A stretch of DNA of 43,778 nucleotides from the NCBI GenBank assembly GCA_002085035.1, contig MZGM01000001.1, forward strand, positions 1-43,778, written 5' to 3'. This stretch comes from Candidatus Zhuqueibacterota bacterium 4484_219. GTDB taxonomy: Bacteria > Zhuqueibacterota > JdFR-76 > 4484-219. The notes beneath the pieces were generated by a model. It made no database searches. It saw nothing but the letters and a program-made list of their open reading frames with translations, and had not been told where the DNA came from. Each line of letters opens with the position of its first letter. Positions within the stretch are counted from its first letter, which is position 1. A program made the position numbers and the translations under genes. This document shows, piece after piece, positions 43,382 through 43,778 of the stretch.

Positions 43382-43615
43382 ATGGCGTATCTGGAGGTTG
43401 GGATAATGATGGACAAGGTCGTTTCTCATGATCGAGAAGAGGAAACACCCGAAGCCAAAGCACGTTGGTTTCAGTCACTATCGCTCTCAGAGCGAATGGA
43501 GCTACTGTGTTCTTTCACTGATTTGATACTCACAAACAATCCCAAAATTGTGGAACAAAAGCATGCTCAATCAACTTCGGGACGTATTCGCGTCCTTTCA
43601 AAAGCACGAAGTTAA
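43382..43615 (+). CDS. Small hypothetical protein, possible antitoxin-like partner of the downstream nucleotidyltransferase-like gene
   Basis: ..ETPEAKARWFQSLSLSERMELLCSFTDLIL.NP.I...K.AQ..SGRIRVLS resembles small proteins I recall upstream of nucleotidyltransferase-fold genes (recall only, not searched). ATG 43406/43409 has GGAGG 8 nt upstream and may be the real start. Confidence 0.45.
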   Translation: MAYLEVGIMMDKVVSHDREEETPEAKARWFQSLSLSERMELLCSFTDLILTNNPKIVEQKHAQSTSGRIRVLSKARS

Positions 43616-43778
43616 GTACGTTGTCATTGGCGGTATCGCTGCTGTGTTGCACGGCGTACCACGGGCTACATTTGACCTGGATATTCTGATCGAGGCTACA
43701 CCTGATAATGCACAGCGATTCTTGATGCGCTTTTAGAGGCGAAACTGGATACTGCTTCGCTCATTTCAGCCGATGAAT
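43563..43778 (+). CDS. Nucleotidyltransferase-fold (putative toxin-like) protein, partial at the window edge, with an apparent 1-nt frameshift near 43715
   Basis: MLNQLRDVFASFQKHEVKYVVIGGIAAVLHGVPRATFDLDILIEATPDNAQR fits the G[GS]..-D.D minimal nucleotidyltransferase layout. The frame stops at 43734-43736, but the -1 frame continues LDALLEAKLDTASLISADE to the window end. Confidence 0.5.

Noticed and set aside
1-43778. Whole-window scan for CRISPR arrays, rRNA/tRNA genes, IS elements, integrases, phage genes and known defence-system genes
   Set aside because: I saw no regularly spaced direct repeats and no transposase, integrase or reverse-transcriptase-like ORFs. I also saw no rRNA-like or cloverleaf sequences. 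This was done by eye only; tRNAscan, Infernal and a repeat finder should confirm it.

Overview
This is a 43.8-kb chromosomal window from a moderately AT-rich bacterium (judged by eye, not computed). The gene content includes a PorV-like outer-membrane domain, an SbsA-type Ig lipoprotein, M61 and S41 peptidases and many GAF-PP2C signalling proteins. That hints at an uncultivated FCB-superphylum-like lineage, but this is inference only. I call about 40 protein genes. They are tightly packed and almost all on the + strand; only 27197-30091 is on the - strand. I recognised no rRNA, tRNA, CRISPR array, transposase, integrase or phage gene.

Housekeeping genes are uvrC (3' end), purL, dnaE, rlmH, yebC (disrupted)-ruvC-ruvA-ruvB, queA, ispD and ispF. 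Metabolic genes are a fadI/fadJ-type beta-oxidation pair, an unassigned 568-aa Rossmann protein, and etfBA behind a promoter covered by a perfect 14-bp palindrome. There is also a HisIE-like protein whose catalytic motifs look degenerate.

The most unusual region is a co-directional block at about 5.4-17.5 kb. In order it holds a DUF362 protein, a signal-peptide-bearing fused Memo-AMMECR1 protein, an FN3/NHL lipoprotein and a polytopic GAF-PP2C phosphatase. These are followed by a STAS protein, an RsbW-like kinase, a second GAF-GAF-PP2C phosphatase, a Cache/HAMP class III cyclase and a PorV-like/TPR fusion protein. No sigma factor is encoded anywhere in the window. I read this as a candidate sigma-less partner-switching system that links the envelope to cAMP.

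Several genes carry deletion or frameshift scars: the purL 5' end, the DUF362 leader, the fadI/fadJ junction, the yebC interior, the region downstream of dnaE, and the nucleotidyltransferase-like gene at the 3' edge. These are either assembly artefacts or real gene decay. All functional calls rest on motif recognition by eye; no searches were run.
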